The notes: generated by a model from the sequence alone, not told the origin. Positions 20,875 to 31,454 are shown, counted from the stretch's first letter. The stretch is DNA of 64,000 nucleotides from an uncultured Acidobacteriota bacterium (GCA_963836075.1 CAWIIB010000001.1:736001-800000); one strand, 5' to 3'. Numbers and translations are program-made.

Positions 20875-21969
20875 ATGGGCAAGCTCTCCAGAATCGGCAT
20901 TCTCACCGGCGGCGGTGACTGTCCCGGCCTCAACGCGGTGATCCGCGCGGTGGCCAAAATGGCCCTGACCCACCTCGACGTGGAGGTGGTCGGTTTTCTC
21001 GACGGGTTCGAGGGGCTGGTGGACAACCGCACCGTCCGGTTGGACCGGGACGCGGTTTCCGGCATCCTGACCCGCGGCGGAACGATCCTCGGCACGTCCA
21101 ACCGCTCCGATCCCTTCAACTACCCCATGCTGGAGAACAACGAGCAGGTCTACCGCGACCGCTCCGACCAGGCCGCGCACAACTTCCGCCAGCACGGCCT
21201 CGACGCCCTGGTGAGCATCGGCGGTGACGGGACCATGGCCGTGACCCAGAAGATGGCCGAGACGTGGGACATCCCGGTGGTGGGGGTACCCAAGACCATC
21301 GACAACGACCTGATGCTCACAGATCAGACCTTCGGCTTCGATTCGGCCATGACCACCGCCACCGAGGCCATCGACAAGATCCACACCACCGCCCAGTCGC
21401 ACCACCGGGTGATGGTGGTGGAGGTGATGGGGCGCTACGCCGGCTGGCTGGCCCTCTGCTCGGGCCTGGCCGGCGGCGGCGACATCATCCTGATCCCGGA
21501 GATCCCCTACCGCATCGACGCGGTCTGCGAGGCGGTGAAGCAGCGCACCTACGAGGGCAAGAGCTTCAGCATCGTGGTGGTTGGCGAAGGCGCCAAGCCT
21601 GAAGGCGGCGAGATGGTGGTCAAGAAAGTGGTGGAGGGCAGCCCGGAGAAGATACGTCTCGGCGGCATCGGGCACGTGGTGGCCGATGACATCGAGGAAT
21701 TGGCCGGAATCGAAACCCGGGTCACCGTCCTGGGCCACCTCCTCCGCGGGGGGATTCCGACACCCGCTGACCGGCTGCTGGCCACCCGCTTCGGTGTGGA
21801 GGCGATGCGTCTCCTGATCAACGGCGAGTTTGGCCAGATGGTGGCCCTGGGCGGCCACCGGATTACGTCAGTGCCGCTGTCCGAGGTGGTGGGCCAGCCT
21901 CGCACGGTACCCTCCGGTTCGGAGCTGCTGGACGCGGCCCGGGCGGTGGGGACCTGCATGGGCATCTGA
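20875..21969 (+). CDS. pfkA: 6-phosphofructokinase (group III type)
   Basis: ILTGGGDCPGLN, IGGDGT, PKTIDND, EVMGRYAGW, LGHLLRGG. Confidence 0.95.
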   Translation: MGKLSRIGILTGGGDCPGLNAVIRAVAKMALTHLDVEVVGFLDGFEGLVDNRTVRLDRDAVSGILTRGGTILGTSNRSDPFNYPMLENNEQVYRDRSDQAAHNFRQHGLDALVSIGGDGTMAVTQKMAETWDIPVVGVPKTIDNDLMLTDQTFGFDSAMTTATEAIDKIHTTAQSHHRVMVVEVMGRYAGWLALCSGLAGGGDIILIPEIPYRIDAVCEAVKQRTYEGKSFSIVVVGEGAKPEGGEMVVKKVVEGSPEKIRLGGIGHVVADDIEELAGIETRVTVLGHLLRGGIPTPADRLLATRFGVEAMRLLINGEFGQMVALGGHRITSVPLSEVVGQPRTVPSGSELLDAARAVGTCMGI

Positions 21970-21999
21970 AGCGGAGCGGAAGGGTGCGAGGAATAGACC

Positions 22000-22758
22000 A
22001 TGCTTAACAGTCCGGCCGGCTCATTCAGGCATGCGGCGGTGACCCTGGTCCTGCTGGCGGTGCTTTGCGCGCTGCCACTGGCCGCGTCGGACCTGCCGCC
22101 GGGGGCCGGAGAAGCCGAGGTAACCCGCAGCGGACCAGCCCTGGAGGTGCAGATCAGCGGACGTGATGCCGAGATGGCCGGCCAGGTGCTGCGCCTGCTC
22201 TCCATGGACCTGGGGATTTTCGGGTACAGCGTGGCCGCCCCCTCCCGGAACGAGGAGGCACTGGGAACCATCAGGATCAAGGTCTCCTCCTCCATGGAAA
22301 AGACCAGTTGGCGGGGCGGCAGTGACAGCAAGACCCGTCTGGAGACCAGGCGCCTGGTGCTCAAGGGATCGTTCAAATCCCCCGAGGCCCGGGCGCGACT
22401 GCTGGAAGAGGACGTGGCCGGATGCTTCCTCACTGAACGGGACTCCATGGAGGGCGGTCTGTTCCAACGCACCAGGCTGGCCGCGGACGGGGTCTGGGTG
22501 GAGACCGACAATTCGCTGATCATGCGGATGATCCGGCGCCTGGAGATCGAGATTTTCGGCGCCATGGCCACTGAACAATCGATCCGGGCACTGCTGGCCC
22601 TCTACTGGGAATTCCCCGACCTGCTGGGCCCGCGGATTCTGGACACCGTGCGCAAGAACAGAAAAACGATCATTCCGGTACTGGAATCGCTCTACTCCTC
22701 GGCCACAGGCTCGGAACGAGCCGCAGCGGCCGCGATTCTGGCCCGCTACGCTGACTGA
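22000..22758 (+). CDS. Hypothetical exported protein
   Basis: Signal-peptide-like N-terminus, GAGG RBS, tight spacing between pfkA and the flippase-like gene. Confidence 0.65.
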   Translation: MLNSPAGSFRHAAVTLVLLAVLCALPLAASDLPPGAGEAEVTRSGPALEVQISGRDAEMAGQVLRLLSMDLGIFGYSVAAPSRNEEALGTIRIKVSSSMEKTSWRGGSDSKTRLETRRLVLKGSFKSPEARARLLEEDVAGCFLTERDSMEGGLFQRTRLAADGVWVETDNSLIMRMIRRLEIEIFGAMATEQSIRALLALYWEFPDLLGPRILDTVRKNRKTIIPVLESLYSSATGSERAAAAAILARYAD

Positions 22759-22762
22759 CCCC

Positions 22763-23980
22763 ATGGACCGTGAATCACTCCAGGACCTGAACGAGGACGG
22801 TCTTCACACCGGATCCGCCCCGCCCCGACGCTGGCGAGCGGTGCGCCTGGCCGCGGCGATGCTGATCCTGCTGCTGGCCATTCTCTTTCTGCAGCGCCTG
22901 CTGGAGGAGATCGGCCCGTCCAGGGTGCTGCGGGCCCTGCTGAACGCCGATCCCCTGCTGCTGGGGCTCACCTTCAGCGCCGTGGCCGCCCGCTACTGGC
23001 TCTGGTCACGGAAGTGGCGGTCCATCGCCCGCCGGGAACAGCTGGCGGTGCACAACCGGGCGTTCTTCCCCGCCCTGCTCTGCGGGTCGTTCACCGACCT
23101 GGTGGCGCCCACCGCCAAAACCGCCGGCGGATTCCTCCGCACCTACCTGGTGGCCACCCGCAGCCAGACGCCGGCGTTCAAGATCTACGGCACCACGCTG
23201 CAGGACCAGGTGACCAACATGCTGGGCGTCTTCCTGGTCTCCTTCATCGCCATGGCCGCCATCCCCCTCTGGAACAACCCGGTCCATGCCACGGCATCGT
23301 CACTGACCCAGACCAACCGCCTGGTGATCTGCGGCCTGGGCGTGGCGGGCCTGCTGGGCCTCGTCGCCCTGCTGGTCTTCCGCCGGCCCCTGGGCCGCTT
23401 TCTGGCCCGGAGGGACTACCGGGGGCTGCTCACCTCGCTCTACCGCCCACTGCGGCTGCTTCCGCCGGTGCGCAGCAGATTCGGCAGCGCCGACGCGTTC
23501 GCCGAGGCCATTGCCGGCCGGAGCATGGATATCTTTGGCCCGCTGCGCCGGCTGCTGGAGTCGAAACGGGGCACCGTGATGGATGTCTCCCGGGGGGCAT
23601 TTCTCTGGCTCTGCTACTGCGCCGGAAACTACTTTGCCTTCCAGGCCTGCGGCGCACGCGAGGGGGAAGCACCACTGCTGATGGTGGCCGCCATTCTCTC
23701 CCTGGGCAACCTGCTGGGGATCCTCTCCACGGTTCCCGGCGGCATCGGGGTGACCGAAGCCTCGCTGATCGGGCTGCACATCTTCTTCGGTGTGCGGCCG
23801 GAACTGGCCGCGGCGGCCAACCTGCTCTTCCGCCTCAACTACTACATCTTCATCCTCCTTTCGGGAGCCGTCTCCTTTGCCTGGGCCTCCCGGATCAAGC
23901 GGCGGCAGGCCCGCCGGGAAGCCGACCTGGAGGACGCCCTGAAAGCCGCCCTGGAATCCGTCCCGAAGTCGGAACAGTGA
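22763..23980 (+). CDS. Lysylphosphatidylglycerol synthase TM-domain (UPF0104 flippase-like) protein
   Basis: Multiple TM helices; PTAKTAGGFLR, VPGGIGVTEA, LLFRL motifs. Confidence 0.85.
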   Translation: MDRESLQDLNEDGLHTGSAPPRRWRAVRLAAAMLILLLAILFLQRLLEEIGPSRVLRALLNADPLLLGLTFSAVAARYWLWSRKWRSIARREQLAVHNRAFFPALLCGSFTDLVAPTAKTAGGFLRTYLVATRSQTPAFKIYGTTLQDQVTNMLGVFLVSFIAMAAIPLWNNPVHATASSLTQTNRLVICGLGVAGLLGLVALLVFRRPLGRFLARRDYRGLLTSLYRPLRLLPPVRSRFGSADAFAEAIAGRSMDIFGPLRRLLESKRGTVMDVSRGAFLWLCYCAGNYFAFQACGAREGEAPLLMVAAILSLGNLLGILSTVPGGIGVTEASLIGLHIFFGVRPELAAAANLLFRLNYYIFILLSGAVSFAWASRIKRRQARREADLEDALKAALESVPKSEQ

Positions 23981-24005
23981 CGTGCGGCGCGGCGAAAGGA
24001 CGCCC

Positions 24006-24290
24006 ATGAGTTCGAGACATCAAAAACCGGGATCCGGCAACACCCGCCGGGTCCTGCTCACCGTCGCGATCATTGTCGGCGCCCTGGTCCTCATGGTGCT
24101 GCCCTGGGTCTTCCTCTTCCACTCCCCGGAGCAGTTCGCCGGCTGGGCCGCATCCGGCGTGGTCCTTGCCGTTGCCCTGCACCTCTTCCTCAGCAGCCGG
24201 AAGCGGCGGCAGGCCCTGCGGGACATGCTGGAGGAAGAGGAGGGCGACGATCCCGCCGATCCCCTTGAGGGCCCCGGGGAAAACGTGTAG
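24006..24290 (+). CDS. Small two-TM membrane protein
   Basis: AAGGA RBS; two hydrophobic helices, then basic and acidic tail. Confidence 0.6.
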   Translation: MSSRHQKPGSGNTRRVLLTVAIIVGALVLMVLPWVFLFHSPEQFAGWAASGVVLAVALHLFLSSRKRRQALRDMLEEEEGDDPADPLEGPGENV

Positions 24291-24300
24291 AGTGTTCCCG

Positions 24301-24402
24301 TGTTCTCCGACCGCCCGGAGCTACGGGGTATGACAACCTATGGCCGCGGCGGCGACAGGGTTTCGCGGGAAACGGCGGAGCCTCCCCTTTTGGAAAGGAG
24401 AT
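24301..24402 (+). ncRNA. Moco/Wco (molybdenum/tungsten cofactor) riboswitch
   Basis: TCTCCGA...CAGGGT...GAAA...GCCTCCC...TTGGAAAGGAGA hallmarks; P1 TCTCC/GGAGA sequesters the RBS of moaA. Confidence 0.85.
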
Positions 24403-24405
24403 CCT

Positions 24406-25410
24406 GTGCCCACCCCGAGGCCCGGCCCAGATCAATCCCCCATGCAACCGCCACAGATTTCCCGGGGCTGTTATTTGCGGATTTCGGTCACTGACCGCTG
24501 CAACAACCGCTGTCGCTACTGCATGCCCCCCGGGGGGGCGATGCTCGCCCCGCCGGCACAGATCCTGCGCTACGAGGAAATCATCCGGGCGGCGGAACTG
24601 ATCCACCGGGTCCGGCCGCTGCGCAAGATCAGGGTCACCGGCGGCGAACCGCTGCTGCGCCGCGACCTCGCCTCCTTTGTCGGGCAGCTGCGCCGGCATT
24701 TCCCGGCCGCTGAACTGACCATGACCACCAACGGCACGGCCCTGGCCGGTGCGGCTGCCGCCCTCAAGCGCGCCGGGCTGTCCCGGATCAACGTCAGCCT
24801 CGACTCCATCGACCCCGAACTGTTCCATCGCAGCACCGGCTCCACCGATCCCGGCAAGGTGATCCGGGGTATCGACACCGCCCTGGAGGCCGGTCTGCGA
24901 CCATTGAAGCTGAACAGCGTGCTCCAGCGTTCCATAAATGCCGGCCAGATCCCCGACCTGGTGGCTTTCGCCGCCAGCCGGCAGTGCGAACTGCGATTCA
25001 TCGAACTGATGCGCATCGGTCCCGCTCGGCAGTTGGACGACGACGAGTATGTCCCGATGGCTGAGGCGCTGGAAATCCTCCGCCGCCGCTGGCCCGACAT
25101 CAGGCCGCTGGAACGCGGCGAAAACAGCCGGCGCTATCTCGTCCCCACCGGGGAAGGGCTGGCCCGGGTCGGCTTCATCGCCCCGGTGAGCCACCCCTTC
25201 TGCGGCCGTTGCGACCGCCTGCGTCTCGATTCACGGGGCCGTCTCCACGCCTGCCTGCGGCAGGGTGATCGGATCGACCTGCGGGCGATGATCCGCAACG
25301 GCGCCGATGACCAGTGGAGCCTGAGGCAGATCAGGCAGTTGCTGGAGGGCAAGGGTTCGCCGGGAACAGCCTGGGGTGGTGACACCCGGATGTTCTCCAT
25401 GGGCGGCTAG
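24406..25410 (+). CDS. moaA: GTP 3',8-cyclase
   Basis: YLRISVTDRCNNRCRYCMP, TGGEPLLR, FCGRCDRLRL, C-terminal GG; GTG start just after the riboswitch RBS. Confidence 0.93.
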   Translation: MPTPRPGPDQSPMQPPQISRGCYLRISVTDRCNNRCRYCMPPGGAMLAPPAQILRYEEIIRAAELIHRVRPLRKIRVTGGEPLLRRDLASFVGQLRRHFPAAELTMTTNGTALAGAAAALKRAGLSRINVSLDSIDPELFHRSTGSTDPGKVIRGIDTALEAGLRPLKLNSVLQRSINAGQIPDLVAFAASRQCELRFIELMRIGPARQLDDDEYVPMAEALEILRRRWPDIRPLERGENSRRYLVPTGEGLARVGFIAPVSHPFCGRCDRLRLDSRGRLHACLRQGDRIDLRAMIRNGADDQWSLRQIRQLLEGKGSPGTAWGGDTRMFSMGG

Positions 25411-25438
25411 CGCCGCCGGGCCAGGGAAAGGAACAGTG

Positions 25439-26667
25439 ATGCCCAAACCGATACCCGCCGCCGATGCCCTCTCCCTGGTGCTCGGCCTGGCCCGCCCGGC
25501 CGCGGCCCGCCGGCTGCCGCTGTCCGAGGCGACGGGCTGCGTGCTGGACGAGGAGATCAGGGCCGACCGGGACGGCCCGCCGTTTGACCGGGCGATGATG
25601 GACGGGTTTGCCGTGCGGCTGTCCGACGCCGGTCAAACGGTCCCGGTGACCGGCGAGGTGGCCGCCGGTGCCGCGCCGGGGGAGCCGCTGTCGCCCGGCC
25701 GGGCAGTGCGGATCATGACCGGCGCCCCCTGCCCCGAAGGCACCGAGACGGTGGTGCCGGTGGAGGAGGTGACCTGGAGTCGGAGGGCCGGGTCACGCTG
25801 CCGGCGCACCTCAATGCTGAGAAGCACATTGCCCGCCGGGGCAGCGACCGCAAAGCCGGCGATCTGCTGCTGGCCCCGGGGCAGGCGGTGAACCCGCTCA
25901 CCGTGGCGGTGCTGGCCTCGTCCGGCTACGGGGAGGTGCTGGTCATCCCACGGCCCACGGTGACCGTGGTCTCCACCGGAAACGAGCTGGCGCCGGTGGG
26001 CAGCGATCCCGGCCCGTACGGGATCCGCGACAGCAACCGCCCGATGATGGAAGCCCTGGTCCGCGGGGCCGGGTTGACGCTGCATGAATCGCTGCATGCC
26101 GGCGACACCAGCTCCCAGCTGGAGGCCGCCCTGGGCCGGGCCATGGAAGCCGACGTGGTGATGGTGTCGGGCGGAGTGTCCGCCGGCAAATACGACCTGG
26201 TGCCCGGGACCGCTGAAAAACTGGGAGTCACCCGGAAGTTCCACAAGGTCTGGCAGAAACCGGGCAAGCCGCTCTTCTTTGGCAGCACCAGCCGCGAACC
26301 GGCCGGGCTGTTCTTCGGCCTGCCCGGGAACCCGCTGGCGGTACACTTCTGTTTTCACCACTACGTGCTGCCGGCGGCCCGGCTGCTGGCCGGACGGCCG
26401 CTGCCCGGCCGGGAGGGGCATGCCGTACTGGCCGAGCCATGCCGCCCCCGTGGCGGGCGGCCCTCCTGGCTGCCGGCCCGGGTGGAAGAGGAAACGGCCA
26501 GCGGCGCGCCGCTGGCCCGCCTGCTGACCGTCTCCGGCTCCGCCGACATCTATGGCGCGGCGGCGGCCAACGCCCTGGTGTTCCTCGACCCGCAGCGGGG
26601 CCCCCTGAAGAAGGGAGACGAGGTGGTCTTCTTCTGGCTCGGCCCCACCGAGGAGGTGTCCGGATGA
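25439..26667 (+). CDS. moeA: Molybdopterin molybdotransferase; frameshifted at ~25773
   Basis: PPFDRAMMDGFA, IMTGAP, then (after one missing C in gacc) STGNEL, DSN, SGGVSAG, KPGKP, GLPGNP. Confidence 0.88.
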
Positions 26668-27173
26668 ACAACAAAGGGCTGACCCACCTGGATGGCAAAG
26701 GCGAGGCGGCCATGGTGGACGTCAGCGGTAAACCGGTGTCGGATCGGTTCGCCCGGGCCTCCGCCCTGCTGCACACCACGCCCGAGGTGACCCTGGCCAT
26801 CACCGAGAACCAGGTGGCCAAGGGCAGCGTCACCGCCGCCGCCAGGCTGGCCGGCATCATGGCGGCCAAGAGAACGGCCGAACTGATCCCCCTCTGCCAC
26901 CCGCTGCCCCTGGACGTGGTGGAGGTGGACGTTTCCGCCGGACAGGGGCTGGTGAGCATCGAATCGAGGGTCCGGTGCAGCGGACGCACCGGTGCTGAAA
27001 TGGAGGCGCTCACCGCCGCCGCCGTAGCCGCGCTCACCGTCTACGACATGTGCAAGGCCCTGGACCGCACCATGGTGATCGGGCCGCTGCGGCTGGAGGA
27101 GAAGAGTGGTGGCGCATCCGGGCACTATTGCCGGGGCGGGCCGTCGCCGGATCTGCCGGCGCAGGAGGTGTGA
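26664..27173 (+). CDS. moaC: Cyclic pyranopterin monophosphate synthase
   Basis: LTHLD..G.A.MVDVS.K, AGIMAAK.T..LIPLCH, EMEAL, YDMCKA, EEKSGG; ATGA overlap with moeA. Confidence 0.95.
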   Translation: MNNKGLTHLDGKGEAAMVDVSGKPVSDRFARASALLHTTPEVTLAITENQVAKGSVTAAARLAGIMAAKRTAELIPLCHPLPLDVVEVDVSAGQGLVSIESRVRCSGRTGAEMEALTAAAVAALTVYDMCKALDRTMVIGPLRLEEKSGGASGHYCRGGPSPDLPAQEV

Positions 27174-27176
27174 CCG

Positions 27177-28118
27177 ATGACCTCCCTGGGTAGAATCAAG
27201 GCCGTCTGCACCAGCAGTTCCAAGGGCGGGGCCAAGCAGAGTGTCCCCCAGGCGCGGTTGCTGCGGGGGTTCGGCATCGAGGGCGACGGCCACGGCGGCA
27301 ACTGGCATCGCCAGCTCAGCCTGCTGGCCAGTGGCGGCATCGCCGAGATGGAGGCTGCCGGTCTTTCACTCTCACCGGGCGCCTTCGGCGAGAACCTGGT
27401 GATCGAGGCTCCGGACCTGGAGGGGCTGCAGGTGGGTCGCCGGCTGCGTCTGGGCCCCGAAGCGGTGATCCAGGTCACCCAGAAGGGTAAGGAGTGTCAC
27501 ACCCCCTGTGAAATCTTCCACACCGTGGGTGACTGCATCATGCCCCGGGAGGGTTTCTTTGCCGTGGTGCTGCGCTCGGGACCGCTTCACCCGGGTGATG
27601 AACTGCTGACCGATCCCGAGCTGGAGCAGCTTCGCTGGGCGGTGATCACGCTGAGCGACCGTGCCGCCGGGGGCAGCCGCGAAGACGGCTCCGGCCCGGT
27701 GGTGAAACGCCTGCTGGCCAGGGGCATCGGCGGTTTGGAGCTGCCGGGGAGTGTCCTGCCCGATGACCGGGAGCTGCTGGCGGATACGATCAGGGAGCTG
27801 GCTGACCACGCGGTGGCCGACCTGGTGGTGACCACCGGGGGCACCGGGATGTCGCCGCGGGACGTGACCCCGGAGGCGACGCGGGATGTCATCCACCGCG
27901 AGGTGCCGGGTCTGGCCGAAGAGATGAGGCGGGCCGGCCGGGAGGCCACGCCCCGGGCGGTGCTGTCCCGGGGCATCTGCGGCCTGCGGGGGTCGACCCT
28001 GGTGATCAACCTCTCCGGCAGTCCCAGGGCGGCCGCGGAACAGCTGGAAGCCATCCTGCCGGTGCTGCCCCATGCCCTGGAAGTGGCCACGGGCATCCCC
28101 CTGGACTGCGGGCGCTGA
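27177..28118 (+). CDS. MOSC domain / molybdopterin adenylyltransferase (MogA/MoaB) fusion
   Basis: GDGH..WHRQLSLL, GAFGEN, GKECH..C..GDCIMPREG; then LSDR, TTGGTG.SPRDVTPEA, NLSGSP. Confidence 0.9.
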   Translation: MTSLGRIKAVCTSSSKGGAKQSVPQARLLRGFGIEGDGHGGNWHRQLSLLASGGIAEMEAAGLSLSPGAFGENLVIEAPDLEGLQVGRRLRLGPEAVIQVTQKGKECHTPCEIFHTVGDCIMPREGFFAVVLRSGPLHPGDELLTDPELEQLRWAVITLSDRAAGGSREDGSGPVVKRLLARGIGGLELPGSVLPDDRELLADTIRELADHAVADLVVTTGGTGMSPRDVTPEATRDVIHREVPGLAEEMRRAGREATPRAVLSRGICGLRGSTLVINLSGSPRAAAEQLEAILPVLPHALEVATGIPLDCGR

Positions 28119-28142
28119 CACTCCCTGTGATCGGTATTCACA

Positions 28143-29882
28143 CTATTCGTCAATGCCGTGCTGTTTCATCCGGCGCCAGAGGGTGGTGCGGCTGATCCCC
28201 AGCAACCGGGCCACTTCGCTGCGATTGCCGCGGTGGTTTCTGAGCAGCTCGATGATCCGCCGGCGTTCATCCGGGTATACCCCACCCATGGGGTCCATCT
28301 CCGCGGCGCCGGAGGCCGCGATCCCGGTGACCGGTCCCCGGATTTCAGCCGGCAGGTGCTCCCGCCTGATGCGGGTTTCCCCGCAACAGACAAAGGCGTA
28401 TTCGATCATGTTCTGCAGTTCCCGCACATTGCCCGGCCAGGAGTGCCTGGTGAGCAGGTGCAGGGCCTGCTGGGAAATCTCTTCGATGGGACGGCGATAC
28501 TTCTGGCGGAAGATCTCCATGAAGTGGTGGACCAGCAGGGGAATATCCTCGCGACGCTCACGCAGCGGTTCGAGGTGGATCGGGATAACGCAGAGGCGGT
28601 AGTAGATATCCTCGCGGAACCGCCCGGCAGCGATCTCCTGTTTCAGTTCCTTGTTGGTGGCCGCCAGTACCCGCACATCCACCTTGATCGTGCGGTGGCC
28701 GCCCACCCGCTGGAACTCTCTTTCCTGGAGCAGGCGGAGCAGTTTTGCCTGCAGGCCCAGCGACATGTCCCCCACCTCGTCGAGGAACACCGTTCCATGG
28801 TCGGCCGACTCGAAGATGCCCCGCTTCTCATGGACCGCCCCGGTGAAGGCGCCTTTTTCATGGCCGAACAGCTCGCTCTCCAGCAGGGTTTCGGTGAGCG
28901 CCGAACAGTTGATCTTGACGAAGGGACCCGATTTCCGCAGGCTGTTCTCCTGGATCGCCGAAGCGATGAGTTCCTTGCCGGTGCCGCTCTCGCCGGTGAT
29001 CAGCACCGTGGTGTCGGAAGCGCTGATGGTGTCCACCAGCCGGAACACCTCCTGCATCCTCGGGCTGCGGCTGACCATGCCGAAAAACTCGTAGCGCTTC
29101 GAGGCAGCCCGCTTCAGTTCGTAGTACTCGCTCACGTCGCGCAACACCCCCACCACCCGGGCATCGGGAGCGGCCTGGTCGCTGACCAGGAAGACGCTGT
29201 TCAACACATCGATGGCCCGGTCACCGGCGCCGAGGATCCGTTCGCGGTGGTCGATCACGTTGGTGCGGTTTTCCAGGGCCCAGCGGATGGGACAATCGGT
29301 GCTGCAGCTGGAGGAGCGGAGCACGGTGCAGCAATCACGGCCCAGCACATCCTCCCGGCGGCGGCCGAGCATCTCCAGGCACTTGTCGTTGACCGCAGTG
29401 AAACGCCGCTCATCGTCAACGGTAAAGACGCCGTCGGCGATCCCGGCGAGAATCGTGTCCTGGGTCTGCCGCTCCTGCTCCACCTGGCGATGGGCCGCCT
29501 CGGTGGCCTCGATATACTCGCCGAGGATGGCCATGTCCTTGTGTATTTCCACCGCCCCCACCGTCGCGCCATTTTCGTCGCGCAGCAGGCTGCAGCTGAT
29601 GCAGAGCGGGCCGACCTCCTGTTTTCGACAGTAGACGTTGTGTACCGAAAGTTCCTCTTCGCCGACATTCTCCAGGCCGGCCCGGAAGAGACAGGTCCCG
29701 TCGGTGCACACGTCTCCGTCCACCACCCGGCGGCACGGCTGTCCCAGGGCGTCCTCGGAGCTGATGCCGTAGAGCCGGCAGAAGGCGGGATTGACATAGG
29801 TGATCCGGCACTCCCTGTCGATCACCATCACACCGTCGGAAACAGCGTCGAGAACGCGGCTTTCTGGTTTTGGCGGGTTCAT
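28143..29882 (-). CDS. Sigma54-dependent transcriptional activator with two Cys-rich PAS domains and Fis-type HTH
   Basis: GESGTGKE, ESELFGHEKGAFTGA, FLDEVG, WPGNVREL, LGISRTTLWR. Confidence 0.95.
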   Translation of the reverse strand: MNPPKPESRVLDAVSDGVMVIDRECRITYVNPAFCRLYGISSEDALGQPCRRVVDGDVCTDGTCLFRAGLENVGEEELSVHNVYCRKQEVGPLCISCSLLRDENGATVGAVEIHKDMAILGEYIEATEAAHRQVEQERQTQDTILAGIADGVFTVDDERRFTAVNDKCLEMLGRRREDVLGRDCCTVLRSSSCSTDCPIRWALENRTNVIDHRERILGAGDRAIDVLNSVFLVSDQAAPDARVVGVLRDVSEYYELKRAASKRYEFFGMVSRSPRMQEVFRLVDTISASDTTVLITGESGTGKELIASAIQENSLRKSGPFVKINCSALTETLLESELFGHEKGAFTGAVHEKRGIFESADHGTVFLDEVGDMSLGLQAKLLRLLQEREFQRVGGHRTIKVDVRVLAATNKELKQEIAAGRFREDIYYRLCVIPIHLEPLRERREDIPLLVHHFMEIFRQKYRRPIEEISQQALHLLTRHSWPGNVRELQNMIEYAFVCCGETRIRREHLPAEIRGPVTGIAASGAAEMDPMGGVYPDERRRIIELLRNHRGNRSEVARLLGISRTTLWRRMKQHGIDE

Positions 29883-29969
29883 CAGGTAACAGTTCACCCG
29901 GACCGGTTGCGGGCCGAAACCGGCGGGGAACCGGACGGCCGTGCCGCCCGCCCCCCGCCGTGCGGGTTG

Positions 29970-31454
29970 CTAGAAACGCACCTCGAGGGCGGCATAGATG
30001 TTGTCCACCTCATCGGGGAAGGCGTAAAAGAGCGTCGGGTTCTGAGACAGGTCAAAGTACTGCAGCGGTCCGGGGGCAATGTGCCAGCCGCTGAAGGCGG
30101 TATTGTAGTCGAAGTGCTGGTAACCCACCTTGAGCCAGATCCGCTTGTCGAACTGCCAGTTGAGATAGATGTCCCAGACATCACCCCGGGTGGCCAGTTT
30201 GTTCGACGGGTCGTCGGCCGCCGGGGTGTAGCTGAACCAGTTCTCGCTGCCGTGGTTGTATTCGACTCCCGCGCTCAGCTTTCTCGGAATGAAGCTGTAC
30301 TTCAGACCGAGGTAGTAGGCGTTGCCGCTCTCGCTCTCGCTGGGGTTGCCCAACAGACCGCCAAAGCCGTACTGCGACTGGTTGCCGTTGGGGTCGGACT
30401 TGTTCCAGGCAAACATGGCGAAATAGGTCAGATTGCCGGCGTCACCGGTGACGCCCGCACCAAAGAGATCCATGTCACCCAGGTTGGCAGTGGCGGTGAC
30501 ATTCTGCGGGTTGTTGTCGAAGGGGTTGGGGAAATTGGAGAGCGTGCTGTACGGAATGTCGGTGAGATTGGCAAGGTTCATGTAGTTGAGATAGAGCATT
30601 CCCTCGTCGCCCATGAAGGGCAGCGGGGTCTCGAAACAGCCGCCGAGCACGGTGGAATCGTCGAGGCTGCTCACCACGCCGTTGCCGAAGGGGGTGACCA
30701 CGTAACTCTGGGGCACGTTGCCGCCGCCGCCGAATCCGGACTCGTAACCCACGCCGTAACAGAGACGGAAGGTGGAGCCTTCGGGGAGGTGCATGAAGTC
30801 CAGTTTCGAACCGAGCATGAAGCCCTCGATCTCGGCGTCGATGATCAGCGCCGACGGTGTTCCCTGCCGGACCATCTCCTCCTTGATGTGCCGCGGCGGC
30901 CCGTCGGTGGCGGCCTGACGGCCGAGGGTCATGAAGATCGGGCTGTTCTTCCACTTGTAGGTGAAATAGGCCCGCTCCACCCGCAGGGCGTTGTCGGTGG
31001 GGATGCGGGTGGAGTTGAAGGAGTTGTGCAGGGAACTGGGCTGACCGTTGAAAATCGGGATCTCTGCTCCGCCGTACGCGCGATACATGTTCAGCCGGCC
31101 GTAAAAATGCAGGTTATCCGAGATGTCGGCGCCCATCTTCAGCCGCAGCCGCGAGGTGTAGATGGCGCTGTTTTTCCAGTTCTGGGCCTCGATCTGCTGT
31201 ACGCCCGGAGGCTGGGTGGTGGGGTCCACCACCTGCTGGTAGCGCGGGATGTTCCACTCAACGCTGTCCCAGCGGACACGGAAATCACCGCCGAAATAGA
31301 GCTTGTGCTTGGCCAGTTTGAGCTCGATGACATCAAGCCGTTCCTCGATGTCCTCGATGTCCTCCTCCTCCACTTCGGCGAACACCGCCGGGGCGGCCAG
31401 CAGGAAGAGCATCACGGCAGTAATTATAAGAGCGAATGGAAACAGTTTCCTCAT
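29970..31454 (-). CDS. Outer-membrane beta-barrel protein (DUF3373-like)
   Basis: Signal peptide, short coiled coil, GGDFRVR, SRLRL, VERAYF, ATRG; amphipathic strands and terminal Phe (EVRF); family assignment from memory. Confidence 0.75.
   Translation of the reverse strand: MRKLFPFALIITAVMLFLLAAPAVFAEVEEEDIEDIEERLDVIELKLAKHKLYFGGDFRVRWDSVEWNIPRYQQVVDPTTQPPGVQQIEAQNWKNSAIYTSRLRLKMGADISDNLHFYGRLNMYRAYGGAEIPIFNGQPSSLHNSFNSTRIPTDNALRVERAYFTYKWKNSPIFMTLGRQAATDGPPRHIKEEMVRQGTPSALIIDAEIEGFMLGSKLDFMHLPEGSTFRLCYGVGYESGFGGGGNVPQSYVVTPFGNGVVSSLDDSTVLGGCFETPLPFMGDEGMLYLNYMNLANLTDIPYSTLSNFPNPFDNNPQNVTATANLGDMDLFGAGVTGDAGNLTYFAMFAWNKSDPNGNQSQYGFGGLLGNPSESESGNAYYLGLKYSFIPRKLSAGVEYNHGSENWFSYTPAADDPSNKLATRGDVWDIYLNWQFDKRIWLKVGYQHFDYNTAFSGWHIAPGPLQYFDLSQNPTLFYAFPDEVDNIYAALEVRF

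Noticed and set aside
25770-25780. Programmed ribosomal frameshifting in moeA, OPT and the other split genes
   Set aside because: No slippery heptamers seen, the genes are unrelated and not known to be recoded; sequencing indels are simpler.
29970-31454. Outer-membrane barrel as the translocon for PYNQPP proteins
   Set aside because: Its context (cytochrome c, sigma54 activator) suggests a redox or uptake role; nothing in the sequence links it to the tagged proteins.
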